Notes: a model not told the origin generated them from the sequence alone. 48,402 bases of DNA from Thermoplasmata archaeon (GCA_035639595.1 DASQXV010000082.1:1-48402), one strand, 5' to 3'; positions 17,795 to 27,347 are shown, numbered from the stretch's first letter. Program-made: numbers and translations.

Positions 17795-18294
17795 GTCGTG
17801 ACGACGGAGATGTCTTCCTTCAGGCGCTCGATCACGATCCGGGTATCGGAGCGCTCGATGTCCCGCATCGAGATGAGCTTGTAGACGATCCGATTCAGGT
17901 CCGCCCGGTTCTTCGCTCGGATGAGGATGACGTAGTCGGTATCTCCTAGGAGGAAGTAGCACGCCCAGACCCCCGGAATGCGGGGGAGCGCCTTGCTCAG
18001 CCTCTCATACGACTTCGGGTCGTATCGCGACCGGACGAAGCTCACGGCGAGGATGTCGTATCCGAGCTTGCTTGGATCGACCACCGCGGTGTAGCCCTTG
18101 ATCACCTGCTCGTCTTCGAGTCGCTTGATCCGATAATGGACCGAGGAGGAGGCGAGCCCGGTCATCTTCGCGAGGGCGCTCAGGTTCATCTTCGCGTCTT
18201 TCTGGAGACGTTCCAGGATGATCCGGTCCGGCCGCTCGATCTCGTCCGGCAGTTTCGGCGCCGTCCTCCGGCGCCGTCGCACCGAGACCGCCAT
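17791..18294 (-). CDS. Lrp/AsnC family transcriptional regulator
   Basis: ATG at 18294, 1 nt after the upstream dehydrogenase stop. ILERLQKDAKMNLSALAKMTGLASSSVHYRIKRLEDEQVIKGYTAVVD plus a C-terminal RAM-like domain. Confidence 0.9.
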   Translation of the reverse strand: MAVSVRRRRRTAPKLPDEIERPDRIILERLQKDAKMNLSALAKMTGLASSSVHYRIKRLEDEQVIKGYTAVVDPSKLGYDILAVSFVRSRYDPKSYERLSKALPRIPGVWACYFLLGDTDYVILIRAKNRADLNRIVYKLISMRDIERSDTRIVIERLKEDISVVTT

Positions 18295-18295
18295 C

Positions 18296-19189
18296 TCATC
18301 CCGCCTTCGCGAGTCCGTCGTAAACCTGGACGATCGCGGAGAAATCGCGGTCGCCCAGGCCCGCCGCAATCGCGGCCTGATGCAGTTCGTTGATGAGGGA
18401 GGTCAGGGGCATCGGCGCCTTCACGTGGTCCGCCGTCGAGAGGGCCAAGGTAAGGTCCTTCCGCATCAGGCGAAGGGCGAACGTCGGGACGAAATTCGCG
18501 TCCACGATCGCCTTCCCCTTGAACTCGAGGAGAGGGCACCGGGCCGATCCCTGCAGGATCACGTCGAGCATTGCCTTCGGGGAAAGGCCGGCCTTCTTCC
18601 CGAGGACGAGCGCCTCCGAGAAGCCCGCGAGGGTCGCCGCGAGGACGACGTTGTTCACGAGCTTCATGTGGCATCCCATCCCGTTGGGGCCCATGTGGAT
18701 GACGTTCTTCGCCATCGCCTGCAGGACGGGCATCACCGTCTCGAGGACGGCGGGGTCGCCGCCGACGATCACGGTCAGGGCGGCGTCTGCGGCGGCCTTC
18801 GCGCTGCCGGACACGGGGCAGTCGAGCATGACGATGCCGTGCCCCGACAACTCCCGCGCGATCGCGATGGAGTCCGCGGCCGAGATTGTGCTCATCTCGA
18901 GCACGCGGAGTCCAGGCCGAGCCGAGGCGGCCACGCCCTCCGGGCCCAGCAGGACGGCTCGGACGGCCGACGCATCGGCGAGCATCGTGATCACGACATC
19001 CGACTTCTCCGCGAGCTGCCGCGGACTATTCGCCCAGACGGCCCCTCTCTCGAGAATCGGCTTCGCCTTCGCCTCGGTCCGGTTCCACACGACGACTGAA
19101 AATCCGGCCTTCAGGACGTTGCTCGCCATGGGCATGCCCATGTTCCCGAGGCCGACGAACCCGACAACTTTCGTTCCCTCCACCTCCAT
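18296..19189 (-). CDS. NAD(P)-dependent beta-hydroxyacid dehydrogenase (3-hydroxyisobutyrate dehydrogenase family)
   Basis: VGFVGLGNMGMPMASNVLKAG dinucleotide fold. The ATG at 19189 lies ~30 nt downstream of a TATA-like GGTTTTTAGTG (19214-19224, minus). The maximal ORF reaches 19216. Confidence 0.9.
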   Translation of the reverse strand: MEVEGTKVVGFVGLGNMGMPMASNVLKAGFSVVVWNRTEAKAKPILERGAVWANSPRQLAEKSDVVITMLADASAVRAVLLGPEGVAASARPGLRVLEMSTISAADSIAIARELSGHGIVMLDCPVSGSAKAAADAALTVIVGGDPAVLETVMPVLQAMAKNVIHMGPNGMGCHMKLVNNVVLAATLAGFSEALVLGKKAGLSPKAMLDVILQGSARCPLLEFKGKAIVDANFVPTFALRLMRKDLTLALSTADHVKAPMPLTSLINELHQAAIAAGLGDRDFSAIVQVYDGLAKAG

Positions 19190-19315
19190 CACCGGAACTC
19201 GAACCGCCCGTCTCACTAAAAACCATTCGCCTGCGGGATGCCCCCGCCGCGGAAGGTTCGAACGAACGCGGATCGCTTCGATTGCCGGTCGAAGCTCGCC
19301 TATGGTTTCTTATAT

Positions 19316-19374
19316 CCTGGCGTGAATGGTGCTACGGCAGAAATCAACGCCTGGCCTCGGTGGACGCCAGGCGT
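19316..19374 (+). promoter_or_regulatory. three copies of a GCC(A/T)GGC-centred palindromic motif in the leader of the ABC ATPase gene
   Basis: CCTGGCGT 19316-19323, ACGCCTGGC 19347-19355, ACGCCAGGCGT 19364-19374. They lie downstream of TATA-like TTCTTATATCC (19307-19317) and upstream of the ATG at 19388. Confidence 0.4.
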
Positions 19375-19387
19375 CGGGGAAGGGAGG

Positions 19388-20473
19388 ATGGAACCCGGTC
19401 AGGAACCTCTGGTCCGGATCCGCGATTTGTCGAAGACGTTCCCGGGGGACGTGAAGGCGCTCAAGGGGATCTCGCTCGACGTTCGGGCCGGGGAGTTCTT
19501 CACCTTGCTGGGCCCAAGCGGGAGCGGAAAGTCGACCCTCCTGAAGATTCTCGCGGGCCTCGAAGAGCCCGACTCCGGACAGGTCGTCATCGCGGGGAAG
19601 GACATGACCCGCGTGCCGCCTTATCGGCGGAACACGAGCCTCATTTTCCAGGAGTATGCGCTGTTTCCCCATATGACCGCGGAGGAGAACGTCGCGTACG
19701 GGCTCAGGGTCCGTGCCGTGCCGACCGCCGAGCGCAAGCGCAAGGTCGACGAGATGTTCCGGTTCGTCAACCTGGACGGGAAGCAAAAACGCCGCGTGTG
19801 GGAGCTGTCCGGAGGCGAACGCCAGCGGGTCGCGATTGCCCGCAGCATGGTCATCGCCCCCGAGGTCCTCCTGCTGGACGAGGTCCTGAACACGTTGGAC
19901 GAAAAACTCCGGAAGGAGATGCAGATCGAGCTGCGGCGGTTCCAACACGAGCTGAAGAAGACGTTCATCTTCGTCACCCACAGCCAGGAAGAGGCGCTCA
20001 CGATGAGCGACCGCATCGGCGTCATGAACTTCGGCGTGCTCGAGCAGGTCGGGACGCCCCTCGAGCTGTACCGGGCCCCGAAGAACCGGTTCGTCGCGGA
20101 CTTCATCGGGATGAGCAATCTGTTTTCCGGCGAGGTCGTGGCCGCGGGCGGCGGGCGGCTCACGGTGGACTCGGAGGGCCTCAGGGTCGAGCTCACGTCG
20201 AATGCGACGGCCCTGGCGCCCGGAAATTCCGTCGCCTTCTTCGTCCCGGACGAGCGACTTGAGCTCGGCCCACCCGCGGACCGGATGACGAACCGGTTTC
20301 CCGGAGAGGTCAAGGACGTGATCTTCAAAGGGCCGTATGTGCACTACGAGGTCGCCCTCGGGGACGGCCGCCTGATCCGAGCGAAGAAGATGGGAGAACG
20401 CGAGCTGTTGACCCGCGGCGAACGCATCCAGGTCGGATGGGACGCGGGGGACGCGACGCTCCTCCACGACTAG
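19388..20473 (+). CDS. ABC transporter ATP-binding protein (PotA-like, with C-terminal TOBE-type domain)
   Basis: ATG at 19388 (MEPGQEPLVRIRDLSK). Walker A GPSGSGKST, signature LSGGERQRVAIAR, Walker B LLLDE. Confidence 0.9.
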   Translation: MEPGQEPLVRIRDLSKTFPGDVKALKGISLDVRAGEFFTLLGPSGSGKSTLLKILAGLEEPDSGQVVIAGKDMTRVPPYRRNTSLIFQEYALFPHMTAEENVAYGLRVRAVPTAERKRKVDEMFRFVNLDGKQKRRVWELSGGERQRVAIARSMVIAPEVLLLDEVLNTLDEKLRKEMQIELRRFQHELKKTFIFVTHSQEEALTMSDRIGVMNFGVLEQVGTPLELYRAPKNRFVADFIGMSNLFSGEVVAAGGGRLTVDSEGLRVELTSNATALAPGNSVAFFVPDERLELGPPADRMTNRFPGEVKDVIFKGPYVHYEVALGDGRLIRAKKMGERELLTRGERIQVGWDAGDATLLHD

Positions 20474-22152
20474 TCCGACTCGCCGTGCGGGGTCGCCGAA
20501 CCCTCCGTCCGGTCTTTCGTTTCGCTCGGAGCAGGTCGACGGGACACCTTGTGGAAATCGTCCGCGCGCAAGATCGTGCAGGTCGCTTCGACCGCCCGCC
20601 TCCAGGCGGCGACCTGTGGAGCGAGCGGCTCCCAAAACAACCCGTGGGCGCGATCCGCGGGGCCTTTCGCCTCCGCGAGGAGTCCGGCTTCCGGGTTCCG
20701 TGTGCAAACGGCCCGGAGGGCCAGGACGGAGTCCCGGGGGTCGAGGCCTAGGTTCGCCGCGAGGCACGCGACGATGTCCTCGAGGGCCCGGCCAAACGCG
20801 TCGACGGCGAGCTGCTCCCGTCCCTCGACCCCATCGGCGGCCCGCCGCACGCGGAGGGAGGCGGCCATCTCGGCTCCCGCCCCTCCGGGAACCACCCGAG
20901 GGTCCTCGATGACCGCGGCGACCGCCGCGATCGCCTTTCGGGCCAGGGTCTCATACGGTTCCGCCGCGGCGTCCCCTGGAGCGGAGAGGAGGAGGCTCAC
21001 GACCTTCGGGTTCGCGCAGCGGTCGATGACCAGGCATTTGGAACCCCCGATCTTTCGTTCCTCGACCAGGCCCGCGTGGCCGAGGAGGTCCGGGCTCACC
21101 TGGCGGAAGTTCTTGATCAGCGCGGCTCCCGTCGCCCTGGCGATATCCTCCATGATGGCGGTCCGCATGATCCGCCGAATCCCCAGGATGCCCGCCTTCG
21201 CGAGCAGCTTGTGACCGTAGTCGGAGATGCCGAGGCGGCAGAGGACGACGGTCGCCCCTGAGCGCCGCAATCCTGCGACGATCTCCTCCGTGTACGTCTC
21301 ACCGAAGGACGCGTAGGCCTCGGCCTCCGAAGGGCTCTTGAGCCGGATCGCCGTGTCGCCGATCCAGCGCAGCCGCGATTCGTGGATGCCGGCCTTTCCG
21401 CGGATTGGAGCGGCGTCGAAGAGGGCGATTCGGGCGTCCTCGATCCGCGCGGGCAAGGTCGCGTCGTCGCGGGACCGATCGAGGACATAGCCATCGATCC
21501 GTTGCACGGAGAACCCGCCCCTCCCCTTGGCGGAGACGTGGATGTCCCGTCGATCGCACCGCCACCCAGGGCCTGCGGGGATCGCGACCTGCGTCGCCGC
21601 CCGCACGATCTCGTCAGCCAGCCGTTGCCGAGGACTCGCCTCGAGCCAGCCGCCGAGGGAGCCGCCCGCGACCTCGACGAGGAGCCCGGCCTCGAAGGGA
21701 TCCCTGCGCGGGGCGATCGCCGTGAGGGCCTCGATCGCCCACTCCAAGCCGATCTCATATCCCCGGACGATCCGCGCCGGACGAACGCCGCGGTCGAGCA
21801 GCGCCCCGGACCGCCGCAGGAGACGGAGGGCGAGGAGGGCGGCGAGCTTCGTGCCGTCCCGCCATTGTTCGTCCTGGGCGGCGGCAATCCCCGCGACGAT
21901 CTTGCCCACCGGATGCGGGGACTCGAGGAGGGTGAGCATGCGGGCGCCGTCCGTCGTGGGCACCGCCTTGCCCTTCGCATCGAGGAACAGCTTCGCGCGG
22001 CCTCCGGGGCCGTACGTCGGCGCGAGGAATTGCTCCAGGGCCGAGGCCATGCCCAGGTTGTGCCTCAGGAGGTCGAAGTCGGCCCGCTTGCCTCCCGTCC
22101 CCATCGTCTCCCTGGGTCGCTCCAAGGCCGTGGCCATCGCACGGACCATCAC
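20470..22152 (-). CDS. divergent group II chaperonin (thermosome/TCP-1) family protein
   Basis: Colinear with thermosome motifs, but these are altered: TYGPGGRAKLF (for LGPKGMDKM), TTDGARML (for NDGATIL), WRDGTKLAALLA (for GDGTTTAV), VVPGGAGAEMA (for VPGGGAxE). 560 aa. GTG 22152 or ATG 22149 start. Confidence 0.75.
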   Translation of the reverse strand: MMVRAMATALERPRETMGTGGKRADFDLLRHNLGMASALEQFLAPTYGPGGRAKLFLDAKGKAVPTTDGARMLTLLESPHPVGKIVAGIAAAQDEQWRDGTKLAALLALRLLRRSGALLDRGVRPARIVRGYEIGLEWAIEALTAIAPRRDPFEAGLLVEVAGGSLGGWLEASPRQRLADEIVRAATQVAIPAGPGWRCDRRDIHVSAKGRGGFSVQRIDGYVLDRSRDDATLPARIEDARIALFDAAPIRGKAGIHESRLRWIGDTAIRLKSPSEAEAYASFGETYTEEIVAGLRRSGATVVLCRLGISDYGHKLLAKAGILGIRRIMRTAIMEDIARATGAALIKNFRQVSPDLLGHAGLVEERKIGGSKCLVIDRCANPKVVSLLLSAPGDAAAEPYETLARKAIAAVAAVIEDPRVVPGGAGAEMAASLRVRRAADGVEGREQLAVDAFGRALEDIVACLAANLGLDPRDSVLALRAVCTRNPEAGLLAEAKGPADRAHGLFWEPLAPQVAAWRRAVEATCTILRADDFHKVSRRPAPSETKDRTEGSATPHGESD

Positions 22153-22165
22153 GGTCCAAAAGGCC

Positions 22166-23356
22166 TTAAGCTCTCCTTTCTCGGCGACCCGTCTCCGGGA
22201 GGAGGAAGACCACGAGGGTCGTGACCAGGGACAGGGACGCGAAGGCGATCACCGCGGCGTCGAGGGTCCCGAGCAGGTCCACCGCAAGCCCCGACCCGAG
22301 GGGGCCCAAAAGAGCTCCGACGTAGGCGATCGAGACCACGACGCCGCCCGCCCGGCCCACGTCCTCCCGCGGGAAGACATCGACGGGGAGGAGCAACGCG
22401 AGGGCGAAGATGGCCATCTCCGAGAAGCCAAGGCCCACGGACACGAGGGGGACGGCCGCGAGGGGGACCGTCGGCAGGAGGAGGAGCAGCGCCGCGATCA
22501 GGGCGTGCGGTCCCCACACGAAGGGTCGTCGAACCCGGGCCCGATCCGAGAGGATGGGAGCCAGGAAGATCGCGGGGACCCCGACCGCGATCAGGAGGGC
22601 GAGCTGCGCGGTCGACGCGTCCGGAGGGAGGCCGCGGACGGTCAGGATCTGCGGGTACGCGCCGACGAGGAAGAAGTAGCTCGCGTTCCCCGATGCGAAC
22701 AGGAAGGCGAGGATCCAAAGTTCCCGGCGGCGGAGGAGGGGACCGTATCCGAGCTGCGGGCCCTGGGCGGGGACCGGTTCCCTCCGGAGCAGGAGGCCCC
22801 ATGCCGCGACCACGACGATCCCGAGGAAGGCCCAGGCGAGGAGGGCGGCTCGCCACCCGCCGATCACGGACGCGATCGGGCCCGTGGCGTAGACCCCGGT
22901 CACGCTCCCGCTGATCAAGCCGGTCGAATAGACGCCGGTGGCGAGGCCGCGATTCTTCCCGTACTGCATACCGACGAGCTTCGGCAGGTTCGGGATTACG
23001 ATGCCCAATCCCGCTCCGAAGATCGACGCCGCGACCAGCAGGAGGGCGGGAGGACCGGGGACGGCTCGCAGGCCGGCTCCAAAGCAGGCGACGGCGCCTC
23101 CTAGGCTCACCGTGCCGTGGATGCCCAGGCGGTCCGCCAGGTACCCGCCCGGGATCGCCGAGGCGGCCATGGAGAGGAACGGGAGGGCGAGGACGAGGGA
23201 GCGGACCGTGTACGAGAGGCCGAGCTCCGCCTGGATCGTTGGAAGGAGCGCGTTGACCGCGAGGAGGAGGCCCCACATCGCGAATCCGACCGCCCATGCG
23301 AGGGCGAGTTTCCCGCGAACGTTCGGCCGGGCGGACGACCGCCGGATCGAGGCCAT
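22166..23356 (-). CDS. MFS transporter
   Basis: ATG at 23356 (MASIRRSSARPNVRGKLALAWAVGFAMWG...), 12-TM-like profile, GGYLADRLG motif. The upstream part of ORF 22166..24334 is antisense to the amidohydrolase gene and not protein-like. Confidence 0.85.
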   Translation of the reverse strand: MASIRRSSARPNVRGKLALAWAVGFAMWGLLLAVNALLPTIQAELGLSYTVRSLVLALPFLSMAASAIPGGYLADRLGIHGTVSLGGAVACFGAGLRAVPGPPALLLVAASIFGAGLGIVIPNLPKLVGMQYGKNRGLATGVYSTGLISGSVTGVYATGPIASVIGGWRAALLAWAFLGIVVVAAWGLLLRREPVPAQGPQLGYGPLLRRRELWILAFLFASGNASYFFLVGAYPQILTVRGLPPDASTAQLALLIAVGVPAIFLAPILSDRARVRRPFVWGPHALIAALLLLLPTVPLAAVPLVSVGLGFSEMAIFALALLLPVDVFPREDVGRAGGVVVSIAYVGALLGPLGSGLAVDLLGTLDAAVIAFASLSLVTTLVVFLLPETGRRERRA

Positions 23357-23438
23357 GGGTGGGACGTCAGCGGGTAACGCGGCGGGACGGAAAGCGCCTC
23401 CTGCGCCGTTCGGGCTATCCATTAAGCGGGGCGGTGCG

Positions 23439-24677
23439 ATGCCGGGTGCGATGGCCATCTCCCGCCCGACCCTGTACCGAGATGCGGCCCTCGCGGACGG
23501 GAGCCGACCGACCCTGCGGAAGGGCGTGAGCCTCCTCACCGACGCGGGTCGCATCGTCTGGATCCGCGACACCTCCGACGAAGGAGATCTCCCCGAGGGC
23601 GTCCACATCATCGACGCGGGCGGTTCCGCGATCGTCCCCGGGATGGTCGACGCGCACAGCCACGTCACGCTCCCCGGAGGCTCGCACTGGATCGATCGAG
23701 GCTTCGACTCGCCCGACGAGCTGCTCAGCGTGGCGGAGCACAACGGAGACCTGCTCGGACGCGCCGGCGTGCGCTGGGCGCGCGATGTCGGTTCGCCGGC
23801 CGCCGAGGATCCGCGGGATGGGCGCAGGCAAGCCCTCGCCCTCCGGGTCCGCGAGCGATGGCGCTCGAATCCCGCCCGGCCCAGGGTCCGCGTCGCCGGG
23901 ACGTGGATCGCGCACAGCGGGATCCTGCCGCCGGGGTTGCCCGTCGAAGCGGACGACGGCCCTGCCCTCCTAGCCGCTGCGAAGGTCCAACTCGATGCCG
24001 GCGCGGACTTCCTCAAGCTGTACCTGGATGGCCCGGGCAAGGAGGAGGCGGCGCCGTGGTCGACGGAGGACGTGCGAGCCGTCGTCGAGATGGCCCACGC
24101 CCGCGGGGCGAAGGTCACCGCGCATTCCGGATACCTCGTCGGCGCGCGGGTCGGGATCGACGCGGGCGTCGACTCGCTCGAGCATGGCTTCGAACTCGAC
24201 TCGGAGGCCGTGGCCGCGATGGCCCGTCTCGGCACGTTCCTCGTGAGCACGCTGGCGGTCTTCCGGTCGTGGTCGTCCTTCTCCCAGACGACGACGATCC
24301 CGCGGTTCGTCGGAGACGAGGGGAAGGAGCGCATGGAGCGTCGACGGGAACGGGCCCTCGAGTCCGTGCGCCTCGCCCACCGGGCTCAAGTGCGAATCGC
24401 GGCGGGCACCGATTTCGGCGGCGGATCCCTGCGAGCCAACCACTTGGCGTGGGAGGTCGAGGCTCTCGTCGAGGCGGGCCTCAAGCCCTGGGAGGCCCTC
24501 GCCTCCGTGACGATCCATGGCGGCGAGCTGCTCGGTCAGGTCGATGCCGGTTCCATCGTCGCGGGGGGGCCCGCCGACTTCTTCCTCGTCCACGGCGACC
24601 CGACCACGGATCCCACGGCGCTCTGGAGAGTCTGGAGGGTCGCCTGGCTGGACGATTCCGGGCTTCCCGGATCCTGA
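23439..24677 (+). CDS. amidohydrolase family metallo-hydrolase
   Basis: ATG 23439 (or 23451). IVPGMVDAHSHV metal-binding HxH motif, KVTAHSG, and AGTDFG near the C-terminus. Confidence 0.85.
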   Translation: MPGAMAISRPTLYRDAALADGSRPTLRKGVSLLTDAGRIVWIRDTSDEGDLPEGVHIIDAGGSAIVPGMVDAHSHVTLPGGSHWIDRGFDSPDELLSVAEHNGDLLGRAGVRWARDVGSPAAEDPRDGRRQALALRVRERWRSNPARPRVRVAGTWIAHSGILPPGLPVEADDGPALLAAAKVQLDAGADFLKLYLDGPGKEEAAPWSTEDVRAVVEMAHARGAKVTAHSGYLVGARVGIDAGVDSLEHGFELDSEAVAAMARLGTFLVSTLAVFRSWSSFSQTTTIPRFVGDEGKERMERRRERALESVRLAHRAQVRIAAGTDFGGGSLRANHLAWEVEALVEAGLKPWEALASVTIHGGELLGQVDAGSIVAGGPADFFLVHGDPTTDPTALWRVWRVAWLDDSGLPGS

Positions 24678-24740
24678 CGGGAAGCCCATTGAGGCCCAAG
24701 GGGCCTGACCTTCGGGGATTGGCGGCTGCTTTGCGCCGAT

Positions 24741-24760
24741 ATACCTCTAAATAGAGGTAT
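24741..24760. promoter_or_regulatory. AT-rich perfect inverted repeat (candidate operator/TATA) upstream of the HTH_10 regulator
   Basis: ATACCTCTA-AA-TAGAGGTAT, 9-bp perfect arms, 93 nt upstream of the ATG at 24853 and 64 nt downstream of the amidohydrolase stop. Confidence 0.45.
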
Positions 24761-24852
24761 GGTCGGACGGCACACCGGCACACCTGTCCGCCCGCCCGTC
24801 GTGGAACGGCCCAATCGTTAAGTCGCCGCACTACGCTGGCCGAGGGATCCCC

Positions 24853-25650
24853 ATGGCCGTATCCGAGACCGCCGAGCGCGGATTGTACGCCGCCTCGATG
24901 GAGGTGCGTCACGATTGCTCCGTGGGCAATCTGTCCCGCAAGTTGCCCGATCTGCGGATCCTCCAGTGGTCCATGAGCCACCGGGAGATCTTCCAAGCTA
25001 CCGGGCCGGAACCGCAGCTTCAGGCGTTCCGGGACGCCGTCGTGTCCCAGTTCGGCGGACGGCACATGTACTCGACTCCGGAAGGGATGGTCCTCGTGAC
25101 CGAGGAAGCGTGCCACGCCTGGTCCGAGGAAGGGACGACGATCAGCTCGATCCTTTCCTCCGTCGGCGTCTGGGACATCCCGCCGATCGTGTACCGGGAC
25201 GGCTGGGAGTCGTGGCGGGTCATCGCGTGGAGCGATCGGTCGATCCGAGAGATGTTCGCCGAGATCCGCAAGATCGGAGAGCTCCGCCTCGGGTCCCTCC
25301 GCCCGATCGAGAACCTGGAGACGGAGCAGATGATGCTCATGCCCGCGTCGGATGTCTTCACCGGCCTCACGGACCGGCAGTCGTCCGCCCTCCTCCTCGG
25401 CCTCCGGCATGGGTACTACTCGGTCCCGAGCGAGACGGACATCCGACGTCTCGCGGACGGAGCGGGGCTCTCCGCATCCACGTTCAGCGAGCACCTTCGG
25501 AAGGCGGAGGCCCGAATCCTGCAAAACCTCCGGCCGTATCTCGAGGCGTACGCGATGCGGACACCGGGCGAATTGGCGGTGGCGGAAGTGCGCGCCGTCC
25601 CCGTGTCCCGCAGCCGCGAACGAGACACCGCCGTGTCATCGGGCCCCTAG
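24853..25650 (+). CDS. HTH_10 (bacterio-opsin activator-type) transcriptional regulator
   Basis: LTDRQSSALLLGLRHGYYSVPSETDIRRLADGAGLSASTFSEHLRKAEARIL is the archaeal HTH_10 signature. Confidence 0.85.
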   Translation: MAVSETAERGLYAASMEVRHDCSVGNLSRKLPDLRILQWSMSHREIFQATGPEPQLQAFRDAVVSQFGGRHMYSTPEGMVLVTEEACHAWSEEGTTISSILSSVGVWDIPPIVYRDGWESWRVIAWSDRSIREMFAEIRKIGELRLGSLRPIENLETEQMMLMPASDVFTGLTDRQSSALLLGLRHGYYSVPSETDIRRLADGAGLSASTFSEHLRKAEARILQNLRPYLEAYAMRTPGELAVAEVRAVPVSRSRERDTAVSSGP

Positions 25651-25757
25651 GCCCAGGGAAGGGCAGGTTTCGCCATTCGCCTTCGCATCACGCATGGTTC
25701 CCTGAAATCGGTCCCCTCCGGGTCTGTCGGTCCCGGTCTGAGCGCCCAGCGTCCAGT

Positions 25758-26357
25758 TCAGGCGGCCAACAGCGTGTCGACGACCAACCAGACACCGGCG
25801 ATGAGGAACAGTCCCGCACCGACGAGTTCGAGCGACTTACTCGCGAGAGCTCGGGCTAGGCCTTTCCCAATCATGACACTCGTCACCGCGATCAGGGTCT
25901 CGGCCAGGCTCGCACCGGCAAAGATGGAGATTGGGGCTGCATAGGTGGCCGCGAGGATGATGACCGCGATCTGCGTCTTGTCCCCGATTTCAGCGAGGAA
26001 GAGGAGTCCGGCGGCCTCGACGAAGGCGTTTCGGTTTCCGGGATGCGAAGGTTTCGTTTCGGGTTCGTCTCGGCGGCCCCGAAGGGCGCGGAACGTAGTC
26101 CACAGCCCGAGCGCGACAAAGAGAAATCCTCCCGCGATTCGGATGACGGACAGCCAGCCGGTCAGGGCTGCCGTCATTAGGCCTCCGATCGCGGCTCCGA
26201 TCGAAGTCGCCGCGGTGAGCCCGGTAGCCGCGCCTCCGAGGACCGCCATGGGAGGTCGTCGCGTGGCGAGCGAGATTGTGGCGAGCTGCGTCTTGTCCCC
26301 GAGTTCCAGAAACGCGATGAGTCCGAGGGCGGCTCCGAACGCCAGGAGGCTCTCCAT
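25758..26357 (-). CDS. GDT1/TMEM165 (UPF0016) family cation transporter
   Basis: Two copies of the E-x-G-D-K-T motif (LELGDKTQL and AEIGDKTQI) within a 6-TM protein. Confidence 0.9.
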   Translation of the reverse strand: MESLLAFGAALGLIAFLELGDKTQLATISLATRRPPMAVLGGAATGLTAATSIGAAIGGLMTAALTGWLSVIRIAGGFLFVALGLWTTFRALRGRRDEPETKPSHPGNRNAFVEAAGLLFLAEIGDKTQIAVIILAATYAAPISIFAGASLAETLIAVTSVMIGKGLARALASKSLELVGAGLFLIAGVWLVVDTLLAA

Positions 26358-26549
26358 CCCTGGGTCGGAAAGAATGGCGACTGTATCACGATTTCGTGGG
26401 TTCTATCGAAGGGATGGGTGAAACCTTCGCCACCTTTGGACGACCCAGGTTTTCGACACAGTCTTATCTTCCTCCACGTTGCCCGGCCCACGACGCAAGG
26501 CGCCGCGAATTCCGGGCCATCCGTCGGCATTCGTCCCCTGATCCCGTGG

Positions 26550-27347
26550 ATGCGATGGCTCCTGTACGCGGCCAGCCTCCTCGTGTTCCTCGCGGGATTC
26601 CAGCTGACCGTCTTCTCCGAGCAGACCGCGACCTACTTCGCGTGGACGATCGCCCCTCCCTTTCTGACCGCGGCGTTCCTCGGGGCGGCGTACTGGTCCG
26701 CAGTCCCCGTCGAGGTCCTCGCCGCCCGGCAATCCACATGGGCGCAGGCCCGCGTCGCGGTCCCCGCCATCTGGCTCTTCACGACCCTCACCCTGGTCAT
26801 CACCCTCGTCCACTTCGACCGCTTCCACTTCTCGAGTCTCATCGCGAGTGCGCAAGGGTCCGCCTGGTTCTGGCTCGCGATCTATGCCGGCGTCCCGGTC
26901 GCGATGCTCCTGATCGGCTGGATTCAAATTCGCGAGCCTGGAGGAGACCCTCCTCGCGGTCCCGCGGCGCCCGCTTGGATGCGGATCGCGGTCTCCGTTC
27001 AAGGCGGGTCCATGCTCGTCCTCGGCGTGGGGCTCCTCTTGGCGCCGACCGTCGTGGGGTCGGTCTGGCCGTGGACCCTGACCGCCTTGACCGGCCGGGC
27101 CATGGGGGCGTGGTTCGTCGGAATCGGTTTCGCGGCATTGCATGCCCTTCGCGAGGGCGACCTCTCGCGGATCCGTCCGCTGGGGGGCGGATACACGATC
27201 TTCGCGCTCCTCGAACTCGTCGCGCTGGTCCGATATGCCGCAGACGTAAATTGGGGACCCGGCGCGTGGCTCTACGTCGCCTTCCTCTTGAGCATCCTGC
27301 CGATTGGGATCCTCGGATGGTTCGGGCACCGCCGCGAGGTTGCGTAA
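26550..27347 (+). CDS. polytopic membrane protein, hypothetical
   Basis: About 8 hydrophobic segments starting at MRWLLYAASLLVFLAG (ATG 26550). The maximal ORF begins at GTG 26418, so the start is uncertain. Confidence 0.6.
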   Translation: MRWLLYAASLLVFLAGFQLTVFSEQTATYFAWTIAPPFLTAAFLGAAYWSAVPVEVLAARQSTWAQARVAVPAIWLFTTLTLVITLVHFDRFHFSSLIASAQGSAWFWLAIYAGVPVAMLLIGWIQIREPGGDPPRGPAAPAWMRIAVSVQGGSMLVLGVGLLLAPTVVGSVWPWTLTALTGRAMGAWFVGIGFAALHALREGDLSRIRPLGGGYTIFALLELVALVRYAADVNWGPGAWLYVAFLLSILPIGILGWFGHRREVA

